Shown: positions 37,773 through 47,105 of the stretch, in pieces | Layout of the letters: every line of letters starts with the position of its first letter | How positions within the stretch are numbered: the stretch's first letter is position 1 | DNA from: an uncultured Alphaproteobacteria bacterium | GTDB taxonomy: Bacteria; Pseudomonadota; Alphaproteobacteria; Rhodospirillales; Rhodospirillaceae | NCBI GenBank assembly: GCA_902575965.1 | Contig: CACGTM010000003.1 | Location: 20,660 to 84,659, forward strand | DNA: 64,000 nucleotides | Direction of reading: 5' to 3' | The notes under the pieces: generated by a model | Told to the model about the DNA's origin: nothing | Database searches by the model: none | What the model saw: the letters and a program-made list of their open reading frames with translations, nothing else | Translations under genes and position numbers: made by a program

Positions 37773-37844
37773 AATTTTACTCTGAAACAATTTTAATATA
37801 GTCTTTTAATAGAGGTTATTATTTATTGGTTTAGGAATTTAAAA

Positions 37845-38681
37845 TTGATTAAATTTGTTTCATACGAATTTGATAAGGGTATTAGTTTTGGTGCCTTAAA
37901 AGGTGATATAATTATTGATTTATCTGATATTGCTCAAAGCCTTAAAGATGTTCTAATAAGAGGCCCCTTAGATAGGTTAATTGATATTGTTGAAAGCAGG
38001 TCAGAAGGAATTGATCTTAATAAAGTAATTTTTCACCAAGTTATTCCTAATGCATCAAGAGTTATCTGTGTTGGAAAAAACTATAAAGACCATGCCATTG
38101 AAATGGGTGGCAATATTCCTAAGAATATTAATTTATTTATTCGCACCTCACAATCACTCGTAGGTCATAAGCAATCACTAATAAAGTCTAGAGTATCTTC
38201 TCACTATGATTATGAGGGGGAACTTGCCTTGATTATTGGTAAAGGTGGAAGGCATATTAGTGAAAAAGATGCGATTAAACATATAGCTGGATATAGTTGT
38301 TTTTTGGATGGGTCTATGCGTGATTTTCAGAATCATTCTATCACAGCTGGGAAAAATTTTGACTCATCAGGTTCCTTTGGTCCGTGGCTTTTACCATCAA
38401 CTTATATTACGGATCCGCAGGATTTGAAAATCATTACAAGAGTCAATGGCAATATCGTTCAAAGATCCTCAACTAAGAATATGATTTTTTCGATAAAAAA
38501 AATAATAGAGTATGTATCAAGCTTTACATTCCTCAACCCAGGTGATGTTATTTCTACTGGAACCCCTGATGGAGTTGGATATGCTCACACCCCCCCTCTT
38601 TGGCTCAAGGACGGTGATTTAGTTGAAGTTGAGATTGAAAAAGTTGGAATATTGTCAAATTATATTAAGACAGAAATGTAG
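37845..38681 (+). CDS. Fumarylacetoacetate hydrolase (FAH) family protein
   Basis: It has VICVGKNYKDH, YEGELALIIGK, ISTGTPDGVG and a GDLVEVEIEKVG ending. Confidence 0.85.
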   Translation: MIKFVSYEFDKGISFGALKGDIIIDLSDIAQSLKDVLIRGPLDRLIDIVESRSEGIDLNKVIFHQVIPNASRVICVGKNYKDHAIEMGGNIPKNINLFIRTSQSLVGHKQSLIKSRVSSHYDYEGELALIIGKGGRHISEKDAIKHIAGYSCFLDGSMRDFQNHSITAGKNFDSSGSFGPWLLPSTYITDPQDLKIITRVNGNIVQRSSTKNMIFSIKKIIEYVSSFTFLNPGDVISTGTPDGVGYAHTPPLWLKDGDLVEVEIEKVGILSNYIKTEM

Positions 38682-38690
38682 GCATTGAAT

Positions 38691-39626
38691 ATGTGGTTTT
38701 ATTTTATCAAGCGTATCTTAATTGCATTCCCAACATTACTTGCTGTTGTAACATTCTCATTTTTCCTGATGAGGTTAGCCCCAGGTGGACCTTTTGATCA
38801 GGAAGCTCCTTTACCGCCAGAAATTATGGAGAACTTAAGAGTCGCTTATGGTTTTGATAAACCTCTAATTAATCAATATTTAGATTATTTAGTTAATTTA
38901 TTGCATGGGGATTTTGGTCCCTCGTTTAAATACAAGGATTTTACAGTTACAGAACTAATTGCACAGGGGCTTCCTGTAAGCGCATCGAATGGTTTTTTAG
39001 CATTGGTATTATCAGTTTGTTTTGGTATTCCTGTTGGAATAATTGCTGCCTTAAATCAAAATAAAAAAGTTGATCATTTAATTATGAGTTTTGCAATGAT
39101 TGGAATAGTGATACCTACCTTTGTTATAGGTCCACTGTTAGCATTATTCTTTGGTATCATTTTAAAAGATACAATTTTTGCGCTCCCAGTGGGAGGCTGG
39201 GAAGATGGTAAATTGGAAAATAGGATTCTTCCTGTAATTTGCCTTTCATTACCATTTATTGCATACATCTCGCGTATTACTAGGGCTAGTATGATTGAAA
39301 CTATGAGGACAAATTATATTAGAACTGCAATTGCAAAAGGGCTGCCTTACCATAAAGTAGTTATTAATCATGCTTTAAAAAGTTCAATGATTCCTGTTGT
39401 AACATTTCTTGGCCCTGCAACAGTGGCCTTGCTAACGGGTTCAATGATTATTGAGACCATTTTTGGTCTGCCAGGAATTGGAAGATATTTTGTTCAAGGG
39501 GCATTAAATAGAGACTATACGCTTGTTATGGGTGTAACAATACTAGCTGCATTTTTGGTAATAATAATTACGCTGATTGTAGATATTATATATGCATGGC
39601 TAGACCCAAAGATGAGGTACGATTAA
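38691..39626 (+). CDS. Oligo/dipeptide-type ABC transporter permease (OppB/DppB-like)
   Basis: It begins FIKRILIAFPTLL, has LDKPLINQY, and an EAA-like loop (YIRTAIAKGL). The ATG is at 38691; the track uses the TTG at 38685. Confidence 0.85.
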   Translation: MWFYFIKRILIAFPTLLAVVTFSFFLMRLAPGGPFDQEAPLPPEIMENLRVAYGFDKPLINQYLDYLVNLLHGDFGPSFKYKDFTVTELIAQGLPVSASNGFLALVLSVCFGIPVGIIAALNQNKKVDHLIMSFAMIGIVIPTFVIGPLLALFFGIILKDTIFALPVGGWEDGKLENRILPVICLSLPFIAYISRITRASMIETMRTNYIRTAIAKGLPYHKVVINHALKSSMIPVVTFLGPATVALLTGSMIIETIFGLPGIGRYFVQGALNRDYTLVMGVTILAAFLVIIITLIVDIIYAWLDPKMRYD

Positions 39627-39628
39627 AA

Positions 39629-40552
39629 ATGGACTACACTAAGTCATTTTTTCCATTTAATACTAAAAATTCAAAATCTCTTGATGCCTTAAAGGATATT
39701 GAAGAAAGAAGTCTTTGGACTTCTGCAATGCAAAGACTTATTCAAAACAAAGCAGCTTACATAAGTGCTTTATTAATTTTATTTCTTGCATTTGTTTGTT
39801 TTGTAGGGCCTTATTTTTTATCTTGGTCCTATGATGAAATTGATTGGGACCTAATAGAAGCTACCCCTCCAAGTATTAATAATGGTCATTTTTTAGGAAC
39901 AGACTCCTTAGGTAGAGATTTATTGGCAAGAATCCTTCAAGGTGGGCAGGTTAGTTTTCAGGTAGGCTTACTCGCCACAATGGTTGCAGTCTTGATTGGT
40001 GTAACAGTTGGCTCATTGGCAGGCTTTCTGGGTGGTTGGGTTGATCAGGTTCTTATGCGTATTGTTGATATTTTATATGTAATACCTTTGATGTTTTTTA
40101 TTATTATTTTAATGGTAATCTTTGGAAGAAATTTTTACCTAATGTTCATCGCTATTGGTTTTGTTGAGTGGTTGACAATGTCTAGGATAGTAAGAGGCCA
40201 AACAATGACTTTAAGGCATAAAGAGTTTATAGATTCTGCAAGAGTCTCTGGAAGTTCAAATACAAGAATTATTTTTAAACATATAATACCAAATATTCTT
40301 GGTGTAGTTGTTGTATATGTAACTTTAACGATACCACAGGTAATACTTCTTGAAAGTTTTCTAAGTTTTCTTGGTTTGGGAGTTCAACCGCCGATGACAA
40401 GTTGGGGTGCGCTAATTTCAGAAGGGGCAAGGGAGATGGAAATTACCCCTAGAACTTTAATAATACCTGCATTATTTCTCTCAACTGCATTGTTCTGTTT
40501 CAACTTTCTTGGAGATGGATTAAGAGATGCATTAGATCCAAGAGATCGTTAG
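39629..40552 (+). CDS. Oligo/dipeptide-type ABC transporter permease (OppC/DppC-like)
   Basis: It has HFLGTDSLGRDLLARIL and FIDSARVSG, and ends GDGLRDALDPR. The ATG at 39629 follows the upstream stop. Confidence 0.85.
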   Translation: MDYTKSFFPFNTKNSKSLDALKDIEERSLWTSAMQRLIQNKAAYISALLILFLAFVCFVGPYFLSWSYDEIDWDLIEATPPSINNGHFLGTDSLGRDLLARILQGGQVSFQVGLLATMVAVLIGVTVGSLAGFLGGWVDQVLMRIVDILYVIPLMFFIIILMVIFGRNFYLMFIAIGFVEWLTMSRIVRGQTMTLRHKEFIDSARVSGSSNTRIIFKHIIPNILGVVVVYVTLTIPQVILLESFLSFLGLGVQPPMTSWGALISEGAREMEITPRTLIIPALFLSTALFCFNFLGDGLRDALDPRDR

Positions 40553-40556
40553 TTAA

Positions 40557-41525
40557 ATGAATAGATTACTTGAAATAAAAGATCTATCAGTTGTTTTTGA
40601 TACACCTGACGGAAGTGTAAAGGCAGTAAATAATATTTCTTTGGATGTAGATCGTGGAGAGTGTCTCGCAATTGTTGGAGAGTCTGGCTCCGGTAAGAGT
40701 CAAACTTTTCTTACAGCAATGGGCTTACTTGCGGATAATGGCAGGTCAGCCGGTATCATCAACCTTAATGGCTCCGATCTTTTGAATATGCAACGAAATG
40801 ATCTTAATAAATTAAGAGGTAATAGAATTGCAATGATTTTCCAAGACCCAATGACTGCTTTAACTCCTCATATGAAGGTTGGAGAGCAAATTAGAGAGGT
40901 GTTAGACCATCATCAAGGGCTAGGAAAGAAAGCTGCATGTGAGATAATCAGAGAAATGTTCAACAAAGTAAATATTCCTGAACCAGATAGACGGATGGAA
41001 ATGTACCCTCATGAACTATCTGGCGGTCTAAGGCAGAGAGTAATGATAGCAATGGCGCTTATATGTAAGCCTGATGTAATTATTGCTGATGAGCCTACAA
41101 CAGCACTTGATGTGACAGTTCAGGCACAAATTATGGATCTTCTCAATGAAATCAAAACTGAGATAGGAGCAGCAATTATTTTAATTACTCATGATCTTGG
41201 TGTTGTTGCAGGTATAGCAGATAGAGTGGCAGTTATGTATGCTGGTTCAATCGTCGAGAGTGGTGAAGTTTTTGATATTTTTTATAATACCAAGCACCCG
41301 TATACTTTGGGGCTGCTGAATTGTTCTCTAAGCCTTGAAAAAAAGATAGACTTTCTTGAAGCAATTGATGGTCATCCCCCAAACCCAAATAATCTTCCTA
41401 ATGGCTGCCCTTTTAACCCAAGGTGTAAAAATGTAAGAGATATCTGCAGGGAAGAAAAGCCTGAAATAAAAATAAAAAAACAAAACCACTCATCTGCATG
41501 TCATTTTGAACTTGGTGTGAAATAG
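40557..41525 (+). CDS. Oligo/dipeptide ABC transporter ATPase (OppD/DppD-like)
   Basis: It has Walker A (GESGSGKS), LSGGLRQR, Walker B (IIADEPTTALD) and a C-terminal Cys-containing oligopeptide tail. Confidence 0.9.
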   Translation: MNRLLEIKDLSVVFDTPDGSVKAVNNISLDVDRGECLAIVGESGSGKSQTFLTAMGLLADNGRSAGIINLNGSDLLNMQRNDLNKLRGNRIAMIFQDPMTALTPHMKVGEQIREVLDHHQGLGKKAACEIIREMFNKVNIPEPDRRMEMYPHELSGGLRQRVMIAMALICKPDVIIADEPTTALDVTVQAQIMDLLNEIKTEIGAAIILITHDLGVVAGIADRVAVMYAGSIVESGEVFDIFYNTKHPYTLGLLNCSLSLEKKIDFLEAIDGHPPNPNNLPNGCPFNPRCKNVRDICREEKPEIKIKKQNHSSACHFELGVK

Positions 41526-41526
41526 A

Positions 41527-42522
41527 ATGAGAGAAAACCTCCTTGATGTGGAAAACCTAACCATTAAATATAAAGTGAAAAATGGTAATCTTTTTTTCAA
41601 CAGATATAGAGAATTTAAAGCTATAGACCAGGTTAGTTTTAATATTGGTCCTTCTGAGACATTGGGTCTTGTCGGTGAGTCTGGTTGTGGCAAATCATCT
41701 TTAGCAAGGGCCATAGTAAAGCTAGTTGGCTTAGATAGTGGTAAAGTTACATGGTTAGGAAAAGACTGGACCTCCAGTCATGCAAGTACTGATAGAAAGT
41801 TTAGAGAAAATTTACAATTAGTCTTTCAGGACCCTTTGGCTAGTTTAAATCCGCGGATGACCGTCTCTGAAATAATTTCCGAGCCTCTTGAAAATTACAG
41901 AAAAGATTTAAGTGTTTTAGAAAAAATAGAATTAGTTAAAAAATCGATGGAGACAGTTGGCTTATCTACTTCAATGATTAATAGATATCCGCATGAGTTT
42001 TCAGGCGGTCAATGCCAAAGGATTGGTATTGCTAGGGCTATAATTCTTAAGCCAAAATTAATAATTTGTGATGAGCCAGTTTCAGCTTTAGATGTTTCAA
42101 TTCAGGCTCAGGTCATTAATCTGCTTAAGGATCTTCAAAAAAGATTTAGTATAGCTCTATTATTTATCAGCCATGATCTATCAGTTGTAAAGCATATCAG
42201 TGACCGAGTAATGGTTTTATACTTAGGTAGAATCATGGAGATAGCTAACGTAAATGATTTATTTTCAAACCCTAGCCATCCCTATTCTCAGGCTTTATTA
42301 TCAGCAATACCAATTCCTGATCCGATAAGGGAAAAAGAAAGAAAAAGGGATAATCTAGTTGGAGATGCGCCATCACCTATATTCCCACCTTCAGGATGTG
42401 TATTTAGGACTCGTTGTAAAAAATCAACAAATATTTGCTCAATCAAAGAGCCTAGGGAAAAGATAGTTAAATTGGGTCACCGTGTGGCATGTCATCACGT
42501 TTCTGATGAAGAAAGTAAATAG
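41527..42522 (+). CDS. Oligo/dipeptide ABC transporter ATPase (OppF/DppF-like)
   Basis: It has Walker A (GESGCGKSS), FSGGQCQR and LIICDEPVSALD. Confidence 0.9.
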   Translation: MRENLLDVENLTIKYKVKNGNLFFNRYREFKAIDQVSFNIGPSETLGLVGESGCGKSSLARAIVKLVGLDSGKVTWLGKDWTSSHASTDRKFRENLQLVFQDPLASLNPRMTVSEIISEPLENYRKDLSVLEKIELVKKSMETVGLSTSMINRYPHEFSGGQCQRIGIARAIILKPKLIICDEPVSALDVSIQAQVINLLKDLQKRFSIALLFISHDLSVVKHISDRVMVLYLGRIMEIANVNDLFSNPSHPYSQALLSAIPIPDPIREKERKRDNLVGDAPSPIFPPSGCVFRTRCKKSTNICSIKEPREKIVKLGHRVACHHVSDEESK

Positions 42523-42630
42523 AAGTTAATATATGTTTAGAAAGATAATCTTTCATAATAAGAGTAATATGTTATAAATATTTTACTAGATTAATTAAAC
42601 CTTAAGTTAAATAATATTAGGGGGTTTGAA

Positions 42631-43782
42631 ATGGACAGACACTCTGGAAAAGAAGTATACTTACATCCAACGCACGATGAATTGTCAAGACAAGCTTTCA
42701 TTATTAAATTCAAGCAAAAAGTAAATTTTAACCTCCAAGATAAAATTAAGGACCATTTTAACAATAAAATTAAAGATGACCTTGAATTAGAAATAAAAGA
42801 ATCACTTGATGATTTAAATAGAGAGCATAGAAAGTTTGTGAAGGACAAGCTTTCAGAAGAATACTTGTTCAAAGCATGGTCTTCTCTCACATGGATTAGT
42901 CAGGGTATGATGTGGAATTGTGTTGAGGATACAATTGATCATGATTTACCACGTTTAAATAAATTGGCGTCAGAAGTATTAGATAAGAACGATCCAAAAG
43001 GGTCAATTTTACTAAAAGATAATTTCACCCCACCCTCGAATATTGCGAAAGTTGAAATACATAGACAGCCAGGTGGTTTTTGTTATGAGAGGGATAATGA
43101 GGATTTTGATATAATGGCAGGAGCCAGATATACCGGTGGAAGTATGGTTTACGGTGCTGGAAAGGGAAGGACAGCTAATGCTGGTTACCCCCCAACTCCT
43201 TATCTAATTGAAATTTTAGAAAAAGAGTTTGGTGAACAAAAGCCAAAGAGAATTTTAGATATTGGCTGTGGTACTGGTTTGACTACTATTTCTTACGCCA
43301 AACACTTTCCAGAGTCAGAGGTTTATGGGATTGATGTTGCTAAGGGATTATTACGTTGGGGGCATATAAAAGCAGAAAGCGAAGGAATCCCAGTTCATTT
43401 TGTTCAAATGAATTCTTCGGAAATGGATTTTGAGGATGAATCTTTTGATTTAGTAGTTTCAACAATATGGGGACATGAAACTACTCCAACTATACTTAAG
43501 AACTCAATTGCTGAGATTTGGAGAATATTAAAACCCGGGGGGATTTCTTTTCATGTAGACGTCCCTAACCAAGCAGGATATCAAGGATTAGTTGACCAAG
43601 TTCTTAATGACTGGCAAATTCGGAATAACGGGGAACCTTTTTGGATGGGCTGGGCTGACTCAGATTTATCTAAACTCATGGACTTAGCTGGTTATCCTAA
43701 AGAAAGCCAGATTACGGGATACAGGGCAAGGCCTTTTGGGACTGGTGAGTGGTTTGTTCATGGGGCAAAAAAACATAATTAA
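42631..43782 (+). CDS. Class I SAM-dependent methyltransferase with a ~200-aa N-terminal extension (paralog A)
   Basis: It has motif I (ILDIGCGTG) and post-I/II motifs (VYGIDV; FDLVVS; LKPGG). It is collinear with the ORF at 57321-58505. Confidence 0.7.
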   Translation: MDRHSGKEVYLHPTHDELSRQAFIIKFKQKVNFNLQDKIKDHFNNKIKDDLELEIKESLDDLNREHRKFVKDKLSEEYLFKAWSSLTWISQGMMWNCVEDTIDHDLPRLNKLASEVLDKNDPKGSILLKDNFTPPSNIAKVEIHRQPGGFCYERDNEDFDIMAGARYTGGSMVYGAGKGRTANAGYPPTPYLIEILEKEFGEQKPKRILDIGCGTGLTTISYAKHFPESEVYGIDVAKGLLRWGHIKAESEGIPVHFVQMNSSEMDFEDESFDLVVSTIWGHETTPTILKNSIAEIWRILKPGGISFHVDVPNQAGYQGLVDQVLNDWQIRNNGEPFWMGWADSDLSKLMDLAGYPKESQITGYRARPFGTGEWFVHGAKKHN

Positions 43783-43786
43783 AAAC

Positions 43787-44773
43787 CTATGTTATAATTT
43801 CTTTGAATTTATCAGTTGCACTTACTAAAGCGCTTTTAATTCCAGGTTCCATTGAAGAGTGACCTGCATCTGGAATAGTTATAAATTCAGAACCTGGCCA
43901 ATTTTCATGCAAAAGCATTGCCGTAAATATGGGGCAAATTACATCATATCTTCCATTAATTATGATAGCAGGGTGTGATGAGATTAAATTTAAATTGTCT
44001 ATAATTTGATTTTCTCTCAGAAAACCTTTGTTCATCATATAGTGAGCTTCTATACGAGCCATTGCAAGGTCTTCTTGTCTTATGTTCTGTAAAGAAAGGC
44101 GATAAAAGTCCTTTGCTATAAGTCTTGAGCATGCATTTTCATAATTACACCAGGCTACAGCCGCTGCATTACGCTCTTTTCGGTCACTACTGTTCAATCT
44201 TGTATAGTATTCATGAAGTATATTTTCAGTTGTAGTCTCACCAACATGGTTTTTAAAATCATTCCACTCTCTAGGAAAAATTTTTTTTATACCATGTAAA
44301 AACCATTTAACTTCGTCATCTGAAAAAAGAAAAACACCTCTTAATATGAAGCCAATGCAAAACTGAGGGAAACATTGTCCATATATCAATGCGAGTGTTG
44401 AGCCCCAAGAACCTCCAAAGATTATCCATTTTTTTATACTCAAAAATTTTCTTATTGTTTCAATGTCATTAACTAGTTGTTGTGTATTATTTTTTCTGAT
44501 TTCCCCTGATGGCCTAGACCTTCCTGCACCTCGTTGATCAAAAATTATTATTTTGTAAAAATCAGGATCAAAGAATCTTCTTACATTAGGAGAAGTCCCT
44601 GCACCCGGACCCCCGTGAAGAAAAAGTATTGGAGTTCCCTTTTGGTTTCCGCTTTCCTCCCAGTATATTTCATGTATTTCGTCAACCTTGAGGTATCCAC
44701 TTCTATTAATATCTAATGAAGGATAAAGCTCTGTAGTATTGGAAAGTGTATTTCTGTTATTATTTAAAGTTAT
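43787..44773 (-). CDS. pip: Proline iminopeptidase (prolyl aminopeptidase); start codon is non-canonical or disrupted
   Basis: The track ORF (43787-44443) is only the C-terminal two thirds. The same frame stays open upstream and reads ...TELYPSLDINRSGYLKVDEIHEIYWEESGNQKGTPILFLHGGPGAGTSPNVRRFFDPDFYKIIIFDQRGAGRSRPS...IKKWIIFGGSWGSTLA. There is no ATG/GTG/TTG in that frame. An in-frame ATA at 44773-44771 lies 6 nt after GGAGG. Confidence 0.75.
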   Translation of the reverse strand: MTLNNNRNTLSNTTELYPSLDINRSGYLKVDEIHEIYWEESGNQKGTPILFLHGGPGAGTSPNVRRFFDPDFYKIIIFDQRGAGRSRPSGEIRKNNTQQLVNDIETIRKFLSIKKWIIFGGSWGSTLALIYGQCFPQFCIGFILRGVFLFSDDEVKWFLHGIKKIFPREWNDFKNHVGETTTENILHEYYTRLNSSDRKERNAAAVAWCNYENACSRLIAKDFYRLSLQNIRQEDLAMARIEAHYMMNKGFLRENQIIDNLNLISSHPAIIINGRYDVICPIFTAMLLHENWPGSEFITIPDAGHSSMEPGIKSALVSATDKFKEIIT

Positions 44774-44826
44774 TTTTTTCCTCCATATATAAAAATTTAT
44801 ATTTATAAAAAGTATTTGCTCGCTAA

Positions 44827-45105
44827 TTAATTTATATTCAACTCATCTAGATAAGAATTAATGATCTTATAAATATTTTCAGAATGATTTTCTGGTGATA
44901 TGACTAAGTTGCAATTATCACCATAAATATTTATTACATATCCCCTAGATCCACACACGTCAATTAGAGCTTTTGTGAAAGGTTTTATAAAGTTTTTGTT
45001 AAGATCTTCTGCTGTTTGACATTTATTCATGTCTTGAAAGATTTTTTTTTCATCAAGAGTTACCAAACTTTCTTTTCTGTTATATTTTTTCTTTTCTGAC
45101 ATCAT
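44827..45105 (-). CDS. Hypothetical protein (92 aa)
   Basis: The ORF is the only evidence, and I recognise no family. It lies directly upstream of pip on the same strand. Confidence 0.35.
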   Translation of the reverse strand: MMSEKKKYNRKESLVTLDEKKIFQDMNKCQTAEDLNKNFIKPFTKALIDVCGSRGYVINIYGDNCNLVISPENHSENIYKIINSYLDELNIN

Positions 45106-45187
45106 ATTTTCCTAATAATTTTTTTATTACTCCTAATGTGAGATAGTATATAATTAATTCATACTGTCATTTTAGGAAAGTATCATT

Positions 45188-46333
45188 ATGGATAGTCTGA
45201 TAGACCAAGTTTATAAACTTATGGGCCTTGTTAACGAAGTTTGGCATATAGGTGTTGCTGGCCAGGGGTTTAACAGGATCTTGATATCACTAATTATTAT
45301 ATCCTTTTTTATCATCCTAAGAGGTCTATTTAGCCGTTTTGTTATTACTTTTGCAAAGAAAATTGCAAAAAGAACTGACACAGACTTTGACGATAAACTA
45401 ATTGATGCTCTTGAGGACCCAATCAAGTTGATACCAGTAATACTAGGACTATTTTTTGCTATAAATTATATTCATCTTAATGATAACTATGAAAATGTTG
45501 CAAATTTGTTTATTCGGTCATTAATCGTATTTGCAATATTTTGGGGCTTATATAAGGTTATTCTTCCAGTAATTCTAGTTTTTAGAGGTTTAGAGAGCAT
45601 CCTTACTAGAGAGATGATTTCATGGTTAGTCAAGTTTCTTCACCTTGCAGTACTTTTCATTGGAGGAGCAGCGATTCTGGAAATATGGAATATTAAAGTC
45701 GGACCAATATTAGCCGGCTTTGGGTTATTTGGTGTTGCATTCGCATTGGGAGCCCAGGATTTATCCAAAAATTTAATTGCTGGGATATTAGTTATAGCTG
45801 AGAAAAGAATGCATGAGGGCGACTGGATATTTGTTGACGGCGTCGTTGAGGGCGTTGTTGAAAATATTGGGTTTCGTTCAACGCTTGTCAGACGATTTGA
45901 TAAAGCCCCAGTTTATATTCCAAATGCAAAATTAGCAGATAATGCAGTTGTGAATTTTAGTGGCATGACGCATAGAAGGATTAAATGGTTAATTGGTCTA
46001 GAGTATAATACTTCCACCGACCAATTGCGCGTGATTAGAAAAAAGATTGAAGAGTATATAAGTTCTAACCCAAACTTTGCTTCTCCAAAGGACGCATCAA
46101 CCTTTATAAGGGTTGATAGCTTTAATGATTCTTCCATAGATTTATTACTTTATTGTTTTACCAAAACTACAGATTGGGGGGGGTGGCTTGAAATTAAAGA
46201 AGATCTTGCATTTGCTGTTAAGGACATTGTTGAGACATCGGGGTCAGGATTTGCTTTTCCCTCACGTTCAATTTATTTCCAGCAATCTAAAAATGATTTT
46301 CCAGAAGTGTTTATCCCTCCCAAAAAAGTCTGA
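45188..46333 (+). CDS. Small-conductance mechanosensitive channel (MscS family)
   Basis: It has N-terminal TM helices and the MscS beta-domain pattern (GAQDLSKNLIAGILVIAEKRMHEGDWI...G.VE.IGFRST). Confidence 0.85.
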   Translation: MDSLIDQVYKLMGLVNEVWHIGVAGQGFNRILISLIIISFFIILRGLFSRFVITFAKKIAKRTDTDFDDKLIDALEDPIKLIPVILGLFFAINYIHLNDNYENVANLFIRSLIVFAIFWGLYKVILPVILVFRGLESILTREMISWLVKFLHLAVLFIGGAAILEIWNIKVGPILAGFGLFGVAFALGAQDLSKNLIAGILVIAEKRMHEGDWIFVDGVVEGVVENIGFRSTLVRRFDKAPVYIPNAKLADNAVVNFSGMTHRRIKWLIGLEYNTSTDQLRVIRKKIEEYISSNPNFASPKDASTFIRVDSFNDSSIDLLLYCFTKTTDWGGWLEIKEDLAFAVKDIVETSGSGFAFPSRSIYFQQSKNDFPEVFIPPKKV

Positions 46334-46412
46334 AATCAAACTTTTGGTACTTTAATGATAGCTAACAAATGACTATATACTATTTAATAGTAATTTTAAT
46401 AAGAGGTTATTT

Positions 46413-46862
46413 ATGGCACGTATGTCGGTATTTTCAAGCCCCCTTTTGCTTGGTTTTGAACATATTGAGCAAATGATAGACCGGGCTAATAAGTCTTCTG
46501 CTGAGGGTTATCCGCCGTATAATATCGAGCAAATCGACCAGAATGCTCTGCAAATAACTCTCGCAGTTGCAGGTTTTTCTGAGAATGATTTAGCGGTTAC
46601 AGTTGAGGACAATCAATTATGTATTAGAGGAAAGACTCCAAGTAGTTCAGGAGAAAGAGTTTATCTACATAGAGGGATAGCTTCACGGAATTTTACTAGA
46701 AGCTTTGTTCTGGCGGAAGGTATAGAAGTAAAGAATGCAAGGCAAGAAAATGGACTTTTACATATAGAATTACAAAGAAAGATATTGGAGTCCAAGATTA
46801 AAAAGATAAAGATCAATTCGGATGAAAACCTTTCTAGTCAAAAAACAATAAATTTGGATTAA
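46413..46862 (+). CDS. Hsp20/alpha-crystallin small heat-shock protein (IbpA-like)
   Basis: It has YPPYNIE, LAVAGF, L.I.G and FTRSF.L, and ends on LLHIEL. Confidence 0.9.
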   Translation: MARMSVFSSPLLLGFEHIEQMIDRANKSSAEGYPPYNIEQIDQNALQITLAVAGFSENDLAVTVEDNQLCIRGKTPSSSGERVYLHRGIASRNFTRSFVLAEGIEVKNARQENGLLHIELQRKILESKIKKIKINSDENLSSQKTINLD

Positions 46863-46883
46863 AGTTCTAAATTAATTCTTATT

Positions 46884-46959
46884 GATCCCGTAGTTAAACT
46901 GGATATAACCAAGGATTCCTAATCCTTAATTCTGAGTTCGAGTCTCGGCGGGATCACCA
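46884..46959 (+). tRNA. tRNA-Arg (anticodon CCT), CCA encoded
   Basis: The sequence is GATCCCGTAGTTAAACTGGATATAACCAAGGATTCCTAATCCTTAATTCTGAGTTCGAGTCTCGGCGGGATCACCA. It has a 7-bp acceptor stem, an anticodon stem AAGGA/TCCTT with loop TTCCTAA, and a T arm CTGAG-TTCGAGT-CTCGG. Confidence 0.9.
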
Positions 46960-46977
46960 CTTTTTTCCAATAAAATC

Positions 46978-47014
46978 AACCACTTACACAGCATTCAGTG
47001 TAAGTGGTTTTTTC
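46978..47014 (+). terminator. Intrinsic terminator downstream of tRNA-Arg
   Basis: A perfect 11-bp stem (AACCACTTACA / TGTAAGTGGTT) with a 10-nt loop runs into a T tract (GGTTTTTTC). Confidence 0.6.
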
Positions 47015-47019
47015 TTAAA

Positions 47020-47031
47020 AAATCCGAACAC
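47020..47031 (+). repeat. AAATCCGAACAC motif, left inner end of the island
   Basis: This 12-mer also occurs twice in tandem at 56368-56391. The extended match is TTAAAAA(A)TCCGAACAC. Confidence 0.7.
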
Positions 47032-47105
47032 TTTGTGGACAGTGTGATGACACTCAGTCAGATAAATTACTTTTCTTTTAAAATACCCTCTGGCAAAATC
47101 ATTAT

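Noticed and set aside
42591-42890. A 99-aa minus-strand ORF overlapping the start of the methyltransferase gene.
   Set aside because: It is Ser/Leu-rich and low-complexity. It lies antisense to a gene that has a clear SD sequence (GGGGGT) and a conserved paralog.
43787-44443. The track ORF suggested a truncated or pseudogenised pip that lacks its N-terminal third.
   Set aside because: The same frame is continuous and homologous through 44773. The ORF caller only stopped at the first TTG. I found no internal frameshift or stop, so I call it a full-length gene with an unusual start rather than a pseudogene.
46334-46412. A possible sigma-32 promoter or ROSE-type RNA thermometer upstream of hsp20.
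   Set aside because: A CTATAT -10-like box is present at 46373-46378, but no CTTGAA-like -35 lies at the proper spacing. The 79-nt spacer is too short and too AT-rich for the multi-hairpin ROSE structure.
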